Under the pieces are notes generated by a model that saw nothing but the letters and a program-made list of their open reading frames with translations, did not search any database and had not been told where the DNA came from. The translations under genes were made by a program, and so were the position numbers. Below are positions 46,959 to 58,273 of a DNA stretch of 64,000 nucleotides, piece after piece. Origin of the DNA: Paramoeba atlantica. Lineage: Eukaryota; Protista; Discosea. The stretch covers positions 310,001 to 374,000 of the forward strand of contig CDRNVI010000014.1 of NCBI GenBank assembly GCA_977017575.1, written 5' to 3'. Each line of letters begins with the position of its first letter. Within the stretch, counting starts at the first letter, position 1.

Positions 46959-47543
46959 CTACTTCTTCCCCTTCTTCCCCCCGCCCCCGCCTCTCCTGTC
47001 CTCCCCCCTCCCCGCGCCCCCCTCCCCCAGGGGGCGGAACCCCCCCGGGGGGCTGCGCAGCCCACTCAGCGGGACGTACCGCATCTCGCTGCGCTGCTTA
47101 CGGTCGTTCCGGGCCGCGCGCTGGAGCTGCTTGAACAGCAGGTACCCGTACGGCAGTGAGGTCCCCATGTAGGTCTCCTCCGCGAGCGCCTTCCCGTACA
47201 GCGCGTTCTCGTTCCACGGGACCTGCGTGCGGGTGTAGAACTCGTGGACGGTGTGCTGCGGGAGGGTGCGGGAGAGGACCGCGTCGGGGCGCCCCCCGCC
47301 GCCGCCGGAGGAGGGGGCGAACGCGTCCAGGGCGTAGCCGAGGAAGCGGCCGTGGGTGGGGTCGAGGTCGCGGTGGTCCTCGAGCTGCCAGCACCCCGGG
47401 GGGGAGGGGTCGAGGTGCTCCCCCCAGAGACGGGCTTTGGTGAGGCGGAGGTCCCATCGGGGGCAGCCGGGGTAGGGCATGGCGCTGGCGGGGAGGTAGG
47501 TGATGCGGTGGGTGGCGTGGTGGAGGGAGGTGGGGAGGAGCAT
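46959..47543 (-). CDS. Hypothetical GC-rich protein, 194 aa
   Basis: ATG after a polypyrimidine tract, same GC-rich codon style and strand as COX15. Confidence 0.65.
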   Translation of the reverse strand: MLLPTSLHHATHRITYLPASAMPYPGCPRWDLRLTKARLWGEHLDPSPPGCWQLEDHRDLDPTHGRFLGYALDAFAPSSGGGGGRPDAVLSRTLPQHTVHEFYTRTQVPWNENALYGKALAEETYMGTSLPYGYLLFKQLQRAARNDRKQRSEMRYVPLSGLRSPPGGFRPLGEGGAGRGEDRRGGGGGKKGKK

Positions 47544-48489
47544 GGAGGAACAGGTGGGGAGGAATAGGGAAAAGTAAAACGTTTCGAGTGTTGGAAGGAT
47601 AAAAGGGGGTAAAAAATGAATTTATTTTAGACGAATTCATCCTTTTTATGGACGTATGATCTGCCTCAACGACAACGCATCACGCCCCCTTAAGAACTAC
47701 TGCACCCGTAGTACACCCCGAACTACTATACCCCCCCTCGTAGTAACCTGTCACGCGTCACCCATCCAAGAGCTATGGGTTACGTTTCCACCCAGATTCT
47801 TTTCTTTGTCGACTAGTTTTTTCTATTATCTTACTAATTTCCGCATTTAAGCCGGTGATTGTGCGCACGAAATTAGAGAGCATAAGGAGTATTCCATCAC
47901 TCACCTTCATCATCGCCTTCATGTTCGGAAAGACATTTCTCCAGATGAATCAGATTCACACCCTGATTCCTTTCCCCCATTACATCCACAATCTTCCAAC
48001 AGCAATTATTAAGCTCAAGCGAAAGCATCCGTTGTCGTACTACTGTCGTCTTCGGTGAAGGCCACACCTCCTGCTCCACGAACAGGCTCAGGTATTAATT
48101 CGCTGCTCACAATCCCCAGTGCCAACACTCTATATTAAACGGGTGTATGCGGAAATAACTCAATAACATTTCAAGGACAGTAAGAACAAGAGCAAGTTTT
48201 CAAAGCTCACACACATCCGAACCCATCCACCGGTGTACCCATCCCTCCATATTGGGACGCTCTTATCCAAGACACGCGCAAAAACCTTTTTCTGAGCCTC
48301 ACACGCATCTTTTCGTCCTGAAAAAGGTGATCCGTCAAAACACAAAGCTCCTTTTCACCGGCAAACACCTAACCACAGCACCTTTTACAAAACAAACCCT
48401 CCGTTTCTTTCACACCCTACACCCTGTTCTCATCGTTACTCCCGTCTTACCCTTACATCTCGTCGTTTTCTCAAAACATCACGTCTACG

Positions 48490-49506
48490 CTACACATCAC
48501 GATCACACAATGCCTCCAATTGGATAATTATCTCATGCACTCTCGCGTCCGGGTCACTCCCCTCCTCCCCTCTATCCTTCCCCCTCTCCATCTCCACACT
48601 GAGTTGCTCGGACAAGGCCGTGGCCTCCGGGTCCTGCTGTGCACAGAGCAGAACACTCTGAAGTGCGCGACCCGGAGACGTGGGAGAGGAGCTCCTCGAG
48701 GAGGACGCCTCATCACTACTCCCCTCCGTCCCCTCACTCGCGGAGGAGCTCGAAGAAAACATAACCCCCTGAGAGGACACCATAGACGCTGTGTTACCCC
48801 ACACCGCGCTCTCCTCTTCCTCCAAAGTAGACGACGAAAACCTTACGTTTCGTGATGAAACCATCGATGTCGTAGGGCTACCCCCTACCGCGCCCCCCTC
48901 TTCCTCCAAACCGAGCTCTACCGCACGGGTGTCTTCCTTCCCCCTCCAGCTCGACACCGAAGACAACGTTTCAACGCCTTTCTCGATCTCTTCTTTTTCT
49001 TCTCCTTCTCCCTCTACCCCCCTCTGCACAAACGCCTCCGTGTCGTACAGATCCGGGACCATAAAGAGTGCGGGATCCGACACCGCGAAGCGGTACTCAC
49101 GCTGGGGGGCGTAGGGCGTCTCCTGCTCCCCCCCCTCCCCCTCCTCCCACCGAAGGTACTCCCCTTGTGGGGCGTAGAGCGCACAAGGGGTCTGCGTTTC
49201 CCCACGACACTCTGCTTCTTCGGTACTACGGGCCACAATGGAGGGAACGCACTGCGGCTCCCACACACGCTTTCGACCCGATCGCTGAGCCTTAAAAGTT
49301 TCCCCCTCGTTGTCTTTGTCATCGTGGGGTGGTGGGTTTGTTGAGGGAAGCAGAGAGGAGAACAGATGGTGGATGGTGTGGTCACCCAGTATCATTGGTT
49401 TTTGAGGATTGTGTTGCTTTCGAAAAGGGTCTAGAAAAAGGACGAGGTTGAACGAGGAAAGTGAACACAGGAAGTATTTAATTGTAGATACAAAAAGTAT
49501 GTCCAT
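48490..49506 (-). CDS. Hypothetical low-complexity (Glu/Ser-rich) protein
   Basis: 338-codon ORF on the gene-cluster strand; the true start may be downstream. Confidence 0.55.
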   Translation of the reverse strand: MDILFVSTIKYFLCSLSSFNLVLFLDPFRKQHNPQKPMILGDHTIHHLFSSLLPSTNPPPHDDKDNEGETFKAQRSGRKRVWEPQCVPSIVARSTEEAECRGETQTPCALYAPQGEYLRWEEGEGGEQETPYAPQREYRFAVSDPALFMVPDLYDTEAFVQRGVEGEGEEKEEIEKGVETLSSVSSWRGKEDTRAVELGLEEEGGAVGGSPTTSMVSSRNVRFSSSTLEEEESAVWGNTASMVSSQGVMFSSSSSASEGTEGSSDEASSSRSSSPTSPGRALQSVLLCAQQDPEATALSEQLSVEMERGKDRGEEGSDPDARVHEIIIQLEALCDRDV

Positions 49507-49818
49507 GATTACATGTATTCAGAAAAGTTAGCCTCCCAGCGAAGGAAAAGAATATTTCGTGTGTTTGGCTTGCCTGTTTCACTGTCCCCCCATAGCCACT
49601 GGTGTAGTTTTGAGGGAAAAGGGACACCTTAAAGGGAGGAATCAAAAGATGGAATTACAAATCTCCCTTAATAATATGTGCAAGATGGTCAGAAAGCGAA
49701 CGTCACGACTACGCAAAAGGCTGTGCAATACACAGTATATCCTTAGCAACTTACGTATATCCTTAGCTGTATATCCTTAGCAACTTGCGTATATCCTTAG
49801 CTGTATATCCTTAGCAAC

Positions 49819-51216
49819 TTACGTATTCATGTCTTTTTTCTCTACAATAAAAGTGAGAGCATGATGGGGACCACATATTTCACTCAAAACGTTTTCCTTC
49901 ATTGTGAAATCATACGTTTCTCGCGGTGCCATAGAACGCAATCTCACCTCAGTCAGGTGCGTTATGTCCTCACTCATTGAGTATGCGTATTCCAAAATGT
50001 CGCTTATAGGTGTGCTAAAAGGTACAGATATCACACTGCGTTGTCCGGAACGAAAACGCAACGCTACATTTATCCTTTTTTCGTCTTCGGGGGCTTGCAC
50101 AGAAAATTTCTCGCTTAGTTCGGATAGACGTTTCGCCTTCTGTTTTTGCCTGGAATCTGCCTCTCGCAGTTCCCTATTCAGGAGTTCAGCAGCTTTTTGT
50201 GTTTCCAATTCTTTTTGATCACGTTCGCGATCGGCTCGCAATGTGCTCAAATATTCTTCCTCCATATCTTCCCGCTCATATTGTCGATGCAGTGCAGCAG
50301 CTAACTCTTCGCTATGCTGGGGTGTAGTCGTGCGAGCACTTAATCGTCTGCGTGATGAGATGCCTCCCTCTAACTCATTCAAGGTCGCGTTATCCCCAAA
50401 GTTCTCCGCACTAGGAAAGGAATGAGTCGAAGCGGATTGCTTTAATTGCTGCACAGTTCGTGATATTCGTAGTAAAGAATCATATGGATCGGACGGACTA
50501 AATTCTTTAAAAAAGCATTCACAGTGTGTAGAGTCACCTTTGCCCGTTACTGCAAAGGCAAAAACACTAGGGGCGTGTAACATTTCTTCACGCGTATGTG
50601 CTTTTATGAGCGGGTATATCTTGGAATCTAAGGATGTAAGAGCAGAAAAGTCTCTTTTCCAATTTTCATCATGAACGTTGAGGACGCAAAGCACAGTGTT
50701 AGCTTTCAAAAATTGAAGCTCCGGTGATAGTGACCACGTAAGTGCAAAGTCTTGAGACTTCTTTTGAAGGTCGTTTAACACAACTAGTATTAATATGTCA
50801 AAGGATTGTAGAAATTGAAAACTGTTCTCTTCTCCAAAATTTATGTCGCGTGATTCCTGCAACAACGTTTCGCAAAGACAACTATCTTCCGGATTGTCAG
50901 CATCCGTTGAAACATGCACACTCTCATCTTGAACCGGAAGTCGTTCAGATTTACCGAGGTCCTGCGATCCGGCATCGGAGAGGGGGGGTGACTTAGAACC
51001 ACGTAGTTCTAGCACTGGCTTATCATTTTTAATGGAAAAGAGCCATGCGGTCATGTCTTCTTCGTCTTGTATGTCTTGCGGCAAACCGAAAATATCCTGC
51101 AATTCCGGGTCTATACCGGTGGTCGCCCATAATGCACATTTTATGTCATAGAGGCAGACCGGTTCTTCCAATGAAAGTGTTTCTAAGCGGCCCTCGTACA
51201 GCACGTGAATTCTCAT
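49819..51216 (-). CDS. UBX-domain protein (N-terminal ubiquitin-like fold, coiled coil, C-terminal UBX)
   Basis: N-terminal IKCALWATTGIDPELQDIFG; EEEYLSTLRADRER coil; INVALRFRSGQR...APRETY UBX-like end. Confidence 0.85.
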   Translation of the reverse strand: MRIHVLYEGRLETLSLEEPVCLYDIKCALWATTGIDPELQDIFGLPQDIQDEEDMTAWLFSIKNDKPVLELRGSKSPPLSDAGSQDLGKSERLPVQDESVHVSTDADNPEDSCLCETLLQESRDINFGEENSFQFLQSFDILILVVLNDLQKKSQDFALTWSLSPELQFLKANTVLCVLNVHDENWKRDFSALTSLDSKIYPLIKAHTREEMLHAPSVFAFAVTGKGDSTHCECFFKEFSPSDPYDSLLRISRTVQQLKQSASTHSFPSAENFGDNATLNELEGGISSRRRLSARTTTPQHSEELAAALHRQYEREDMEEEYLSTLRADRERDQKELETQKAAELLNRELREADSRQKQKAKRLSELSEKFSVQAPEDEKRINVALRFRSGQRSVISVPFSTPISDILEYAYSMSEDITHLTEVRLRSMAPRETYDFTMKENVLSEICGPHHALTFIVEKKDMNT

Positions 51217-51336
51217 GATTCTCTTCTTGATTAAAGTTTATGAGTTTTCTATCTTTTCTATTCAATGATGTTACTGTTGCATGTTATTTTTTCACTCAAT
51301 TTCTAAAATATTGATACAGAACATAGTATGTCGCGA

Positions 51337-51745
51337 TAAATTTAGTAGATTATCATCAGCATTCCCTGTTCTTCTTTTACCCTAAATGGATTGCCCGGGC
51401 TGCTCCGATTTTTCATGCACTGATAAGTGGTCCTATACTTTGCTTTGTATGGCAACTGAAGACAGCATCATATTCCAGATAAAAAATCATGCGCTTATGT
51501 AGGACGCTGTTACTTGTTCGAAAGGTCATGAGCCACGGATATGTACTCTTAAGGAAGAGCATTGGCTATGCTCCGATAGAAAGTGCCGCGGTAAAACTTT
51601 TTTGGAACGTCTTCTGACGGCCGCACATGTGCGCACCACACACCAGGTTTTCAAAGTCTTATGCGGTATCACTTCTGTAGCCGGCTACGGACCTCAACGG
51701 ATAACAGACTTGGGGCAACAGCGATCACTCGGCTGACAAACATCC
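51337..51745 (+). mobile_element. Second copy of the Merlin-like N-terminal relic
   Basis: Colinear with 10376-10800. Confidence 0.5.
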
Positions 51746-52807
51746 CTTTGTATCGTGCTCTCGAACAATAAAATTCAAAAGAGTGAAAATCGAATTTTTT
51801 TCCAATTTTTTTCCAAAACATTTCAAAAAATTCCGTATTAAATGGGGGGTCAGGGGGGTCCGTATTAAAGGGGGGGTCACAGTATATTTCCGCACCCCGA
51901 GTTATATTGAAAAATGATCCCTTTTCCCATGAATCCCATGATATCCAACGATAGACCTCGGCAGGTGCCTATCCTAGCCCGAATCGAGCTCATTCGCCGA
52001 AGCGCAACCGCTTACCGACTCCTCTCGAGACTTCATCTCATAGCCAATCCAGACGTCAGTCCTTACCGTTCCCCCGTGTGTGATCCTCACTCCCTACTCA
52101 CCCGGTCCAGCAGTCGCTACCTCAACTTGGCCGGCACGACGGACGGTGCCCCCCCCTGGAAGAGCCTTAGGTCCCACCCGCGAGACCGCGTGTCCATTAC
52201 CCGGAAACACTGCTTCAAGGTGGAGGTTTGGCTGACTCTGGGCGGAGTTCCATTTTTCTTTCGCGGACCAGTTGTTGGCAGCATGCACGATGCATAAATT
52301 TACTGTGACCTCCCCCTTTAATCTTCACCCCCATCCCTCCCCCCTTTAATATACACAAAGAGCATAGAGAAGGTTCGTAAAGTGAGGCCTATGGGGTACA
52401 TATTTTTTGTGAGTGAGTTTTTTACGCTGGGGGCGGGGGGGCATATTATGCTACCGAAGTAGCAGCGCTGTTACCGTAGCAATGCTGCTGCTATGGAAGC
52501 ACTAAAGTACAAGTCGCTCCATGAAAGCAATAAATTGCAAACACATTGCTACCATGTGGTTGACGTCAAGCCTTCAGGTCTAAGCTTCTTCCACAGAAAG
52601 AGTATCTTTATCCCACGGAGACGATTGAAAAGAGATTCCACCCATTATCGCAATATTTCGATTGCGACGGTGGCGTACGGCAGCAACATTGGTTACATTT
52701 GTTGTGTCGCTTTCAGGGCTTGATTCGACGCTTCGTGCGTCAAGAGCGCCGTCTGTACTGCTGGGTGCTGCTGTGCTTGGAGTTTCTGATACAGTGGTTT
52801 CAAGATA

Positions 52808-53574
52808 CAGTGGTTTCAGTTGATCTTGCCCCCTCCTCGGAATTTTGATTTTTTTGATCCGTTTTTGCTCATCTTTGCAGCATTGGAGAGATCTCGTTCC
52901 CCTAGCGAAGAGCTTTGCCGCCTTTTTTTCATAGAGACCCCCTGGTGCCCCCTGGTTTCAAAAAGCACTGTTTTTGCGGAGTTTTTCTGTGTACACAACC
53001 ATTTTTTGCCACATTTTCCTGATTTTCTGTGTATTTTGCACTTGTAAGTACGAGTGATCGCGTTCTAAATTGATAATTTGAAAGCTCTATGTCTAGTACC
53101 CTTTCTATTGCCTAGTTCAATTTAGTCAACACCTCTACAATATGAAAATCAGATCCTCATTCCCCAAACAGGGGGGGGTACGTCGAACAATGTAAAGACA
53201 AAAGAGAAGACAACCCCACAATGTGTGCAACACAATTGATTCAATCCCAAATAGACTTCGAAGCGCGCTGCAAAACAATGGAAGCCATTCCGGATACTAC
53301 AGTATAGGATACTACAGTAGTTCTTTTCCTTCAGAGTTAAGTTTTAGACATAAAATCCGCTTTTTGTCTATTTTTCATAGGTAAAAAAATGTCATTTGTT
53401 TTTATTTTGGTCAACTTTCGGGTCACCCAGGGGGCACCAGGGGGTCTCTATGAAAAAAAGGCGGCAAAGCTCTTCGCTAGGGGAACGATATCTCTTCAAT
53501 GCTGCAAAGATGAGCAAAAACGGATCAAAAAAATCAAAATTCCGAAGGGGGGGCAAGATCAACTGAAACCACTG
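52808..53574. mobile_element. Non-autonomous TIR element with ~170-bp TIRs, TA-flanked
   Basis: TA-CAGTGGTTTCAGTTGATCTTGCCCCC...GGGGGCAAGATCAACTGAAACCACTG-TA. Confidence 0.9.
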
Positions 53575-53915
53575 TATCTTCCCCGCGCGGAAATTTGGTT
53601 TTTTTTATCCGTTTTGGCTCATTTTTGCAGCATTGGATAGATCTTGTTCTTCTGGTGAAGGGTTTTGCCGCTTTTTTTTGTAGAATTCACAAAATATTTC
53701 TGACATGACAGATACTCAAGTCCGCGTGCATCGACACCATTCTATTTCTATTCCTATTGCACAGCCCGTTTGTCCAACTAGGAATATGGCCTCACCAGAG
53801 AAGGCTGGTGCGCCCCTTCCAAGATTATTCTGGTGTCTGTTGTGCTCAGTCCGATCGAGAAAAGTCATAGAGCCCGCGACTGATTGGCGTGCACTAAGAA
53901 CACTGATGAACAATA

Positions 53916-54572
53916 CCCTAGTTGTCTAGTGTCTCGTTATCTTGACACCGGGTGGTTTACCACGAGAAAGACGGCTACCCTAGTTGTTTAGTGCCTTGGT
54001 GTATGTTGGCACAGGACAGGCTCTTTCCAAAAAGATTCTGGACACCCTAGGTCACTAAGTTATTTAGCGTCTCGTTTCGTTGGTGCTGCAATTTCAGACA
54101 GCGAAAGGGTACGCTCGCCCTAGTTCTTTAGCGTCTCGTTATGGTGACGCCGCGTGAGTTATCTCGGGAGGCTGGGGTCGCTGAGCCTCGTCCCGCCCCC
54201 GTACCGGGCGGTGTTATTCTCATTCTGCATTGTCAGAGTGACAATGTTGTGTGGTGCCTCGTTATGTTGGCACCGGGTATTGTCACCCGCTGGATCATGT
54301 TCACCCTAGTTTATTAGCGTCTCGTTACTATCTCCCCCATTTAAGAGCACCTCGTTTTCCGTGAAAAGTAAACGGGGGGAGGTCTGAATCGGCGCATAAA
54401 AAAATAGGCGCCGCTTCGCGGAGCCGGAGTCTGCATCTCGACTCTATGTGCGCTTAAACGGGGGAGTCTGACCGGGTGCGCTTGAGGGGAGGGGGGACAG
54501 TATACGGACGCCGGATGAGTTAGCTCGGGAAGCTGGGATCGCTAAGTCCCATCATCCGACAAAAGTTGGATG
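53916..54572 (+). repeat. Cluster of imperfect repeats carrying covarying hairpins
   Basis: Six GYGYC-TCGTTATNNN-GRYRC-type hairpins, most preceded by CCCTAGTT.TTTA; related copy at 56925-57017. Confidence 0.8.
54328..54500. mobile_element. MITE of the 9452 family inserted at a TA in a hairpin loop
   Basis: Reverse copy of 9452-9634; removing it restores GCGTC-TCGTTATACG-GACGC. Confidence 0.8.
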
Positions 54573-54717
54573 CCTTGACTGATCGATACCATTGCTGATA
54601 TGTTGGAGACGGAAGGGCGTTAGCACATTTATAATGCATATCAACTGCACGTTTATAATGCATACTAAGCGGCACATTCAAATGCATATAGCATTTTTTT
54701 TGAAAATGCCCCACATA

Positions 54718-55460
54718 CAGGGGTGCGGGTCTAAAGGTGGGGGGGTCTAAAATTCGTATAAGTTGTCCAATTTTGGAAAATCATAGCGCATTGGATAGCT
54801 CTCACAGAGTTGTATGTTTTAGGCGCATTAAAATCCTGTGATTTTATCGTACATATTTTTTGATACCATATTTCGGTCTTTTCCCTCGCAGAAATTACAT
54901 TTTTTACTAGAAAATGTCCCAAATGCGCGCTCGCTCGAGGACTTCCCGTGGAGCACTGAGCGATAGATCGTATTCTTCCCCCGCCCCCGTCAAAGAGAGT
55001 CACCGTATGCTTTTGGTGGCGGAATACGAGCGCACAGGATCGTACTCCGCTACAGCGCAGCACTTTGGTGTTCATGAGAACACAATAAAACGTTGGGTTG
55101 AACGTTTTACCCTTACGACGTGTTAACGGCATCCCGAGAGCGTGTCTCGACGGTGGTTACCCCTGCGTTCCTGGATGTGGTTCTCAAGCTTGTCGACGAG
55201 GGGTATCGCGACCTTTTACGGCGTAGAGAGCTGGAGCGAATTGTCTTTTGCAACCCAAATTACAGAACTTATTGACATCACTAAAGTATTGCAATATGTG
55301 TTTTTGACCCTTACATGAAAGGGGGGTACCCCCCAAACCCCGGAAGCTACCTATCCTAAAACATACAACTCTGTGAGAGCTATCCAATGCGCTATTGTTT
55401 TCCAAAACTGGACAACTTTTACGAATTTTAGACCCCCCCACCTTTAGATTCGCATCCCTG
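54718..55460. mobile_element. mariner/IS630-like deleted element with ~115-bp TIRs
   Basis: TA-CAGGGGTGCGGGTCTAAAGG...CCTTTAGATTCGCATCCCTG-TA; HTH remnant SYSATAQHFGVHENTIKRWVERF. Confidence 0.88.
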
Positions 55461-55621
55461 TATATTGTTATAATATTAAGAATTGCAGGAACTCTTTGAG
55501 TGATACATGTAATAATGCGAAATCATTTTTAAATACCGTATTCACATGGGAATAAACGATGGATAATCATGTGTAACTCATTAAAACCCTAGCCGTATTT
55601 TTCAAGGCAAACAAACGCACA

Positions 55622-56209
55622 GTGAATGAACTCCCACCACTCTCTGACTCTCGCATTGGAAGATTTGTGGCTGAGAGTCAGGTTGGGGATACCATTGCAG
55701 TTCTATGGTCCTCGGACAAAGTGTCTCGTGGAGAAATGTGGAAGGGGGTCAAGATTGGTGACGAAAAAACCACTATGTTGGTAGACTATGGGAAATTCGG
55801 CGAGCTCACATTTCCTCCTACGAATGCGCGAGTGCATGGTGTAGAGAAGATCGCCACTGACCCTTACTCCGCGGCGATGGAACGGGTAGAAGGTCGAGAA
55901 ACCGGAACCTTTGAACCGCTGGAATTATCTACCTACGCTACGTTCATTGAGGGGGCCCCGGAGAAAGACATCACTCTCGTGTGCTTATCGGTCCAGATCA
56001 CAACACCCAATCACCAGTCTGAAAAGGATTCTGTTGCAAGGACGTTTTCTCGGCGTAGAGTAACCACTATATCTCCGTGCGCTAAAAGACATATTCGAGG
56101 CATCGTAAAACCCACCAAGATGCGAGAGAGAACCACCCCCAGTAGAGGCGAAGACAAGATAGATAAGATAAGATATCCCGTTTGGCCAACTAGAGCTATG
56201 AGATCGTAG
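55622..56209 (+). mobile_element. Retroelement-associated ORF relic (TATE/SLACS ORF1-like domain)
   Basis: GDTIAVLW...W.G....VDY....FPP.N.RV resembles the domain in the 62608 ORF (GDEVIVAW...G.V...VEY...LPP.ENVRV). Confidence 0.45.
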
Positions 56210-58273
56210 CAGGAATCTCCGTTACAGAGAAACCTTTACGTCCGTCTGAGTCTCTTTTTAAGTGGGGCTGAGTAACCTCTCCGTTTAAGAGTACGGGCGT
56301 TAGAATCTCACCACCAAGAACTCATCAAGGGACGTAGAGTGAGGACGCACTCATTCACTAGCGATCCCAAAGGGGGCTACCGATGCCCTGAACAGGCCTA
56401 CCGGGCGTTACTTAATTACGGTTTTTACCTAATTACGGGTAATCTATTTAAGATTAAAACTGACATTTTAATTTTCCAAGTAAAATAGTTTTATGCGCCC
56501 TGTGACTGGAATATCAGGAAGCAGAAAGCCGCCTGGCCGAGGAATAGAGCGACTGGCATTCTTCGTGCAATGTGAAATGCGCCACTATGTTGCTGCATAG
56601 TATCAGATAATTGCATTACGAGGGGCTTGGAAACATTGTAGCTTGGATTCGGCTATGGGGAATGCAACGATGATGCGGATACCACTAGAAGAAAGCTACA
56701 ACGCACTTTCGAATCTACTGGGTAAAAGATGCACGATATTGATGATTGATTGTTATCGTCTCATTGATGTTGAAATTTGTTGCGGTCAATGCATAACCCA
56801 TTTTCCCTATTTACGGAATTTCTTAATTACGGTTACTCCCTAATTACGGTTAACCGATTTAAGGTTAAAATCGACGAACTTTTAACCTTTAACGTAATTA
56901 AGAAATTCCGTAATTAAGTAACACCCGGTAGTTATTTAGCGTTTTCTTTTGCTAGCGCCGGCCTTAGCTCGGGAGGCTGGGATCGCAAAGTCCCATCATC
57001 CGATGTGAATCGGACGCCCCCGGAGAGGCGAAGCTTCGCACCTTAGGGCACACGACAAGGACCCATGCGATAGAGGAGATTCTCCTGCAATGGAGCTCGA
57101 TTCATGTTTGACGCAACCAACAGCAACCCAAACGCAGACAGCGTCCGCTGGAGCCGCCATTCATGAACAAACTCCCCCTTATTTCCCACTGTCGCATCAA
57201 CAAGGAACGTACCCAGCTAACAGGTGTGAAGAAGACGCTGCCTCAGCAGAAGTGAGCCACAAACAAAGGGAATATGGTTCCGCCGGCTCACAAGACACGC
57301 CCTTACCCTGCACTAGGGTCGACGCTCGAGAGTGCCCAGCCCAGGGATACTCATGGTGGAGTTTTTGGGTTGAGGGCACGTTCGTTGAATGTTCAACGAA
57401 CATTTTGTTTGTTTCGAACACTTTGTTTGTATGTTTTCTTTTCTTCCTCAGTTCGTTGAAGACTCAACGAACAGACACTCGGTTCGTTGAACATTCAACG
57501 AACGGTTTTCGGAAATTTCAACTTTTCAAAAAACGCTCGAAAACGAAAGAATGCTTTTTTTTAATAGAAAATATGGCTCCAATAGTCTTGAAAAGTGACA
57601 AAAAGCAGAAGGACGAGTTCCTCTACGGTCTTGCAGACCCCAGGTTCTCCATCGAGCCCTTATCCTTTCCTCCTCCCACTCCGTAGTTTCCAAGAAGATC
57701 ATAGGGCTCCTTGCAGATTCCCATGCGAGGAAGTCGGCGGCGGTACGCCTTCTGTTTTTTACCTCGCGCCTCCTCCTTCCTCTACGGTATGCCAGCAAGC
57801 CGCTCGAGCTAATTTCTCCTTCGGGAAACGTGGGGCGTTCGGGATGAACTGGTGCAACCCCCAGTTCGCCCCGAATAGCGGTAGCTCAGCTCCCCACGTG
57901 CCCGGGAAAGGATGTCCTTGGAACAGCGGAACAACGTACGTAGTCGCATCACTGTGATTGCGTATGATATCCGAACTCGTAAGAGCTCGGATGGTTCAGC
58001 GGCCAAGGTACATCTTCCCCCAAGCTATCTCGGCTTACTCCGGGGAGGCTACATCTCAAGTAGGGATAAATGCCTGTGTTTCTATCTTCTATCTCATGGC
58101 GGAGTTTACTACATGGCGGGTCGGGGCAAGCGGTGGAATTAAAGCAAAATTCGCCTTTACTAAAAAAAAAAGAAAGTCGTCCCCACTAAAAATAATTGTA
58201 TCTTTTTTTTATCGTATCATGTATTTCCACTTTTTCCTTTATTTTTCAGATTCAGACTCCTCAACTCCAACAC

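Noticed and set aside
49735-49825. Short tandem duplication at the UBX stop, and the 59-bp-spaced direct repeat at 42245-42340
   Set aside because: Ordinary local slippage duplications.
51900-52290. APE endonuclease relic of an ingi-like element
   Set aside because: Only a GGG motif and vague spacing; insufficient support.
53903-53970. Hammerhead ribozyme (CTGATGA...GAAA)
   Set aside because: Stems II and III cannot be formed adjacent to the core motifs.
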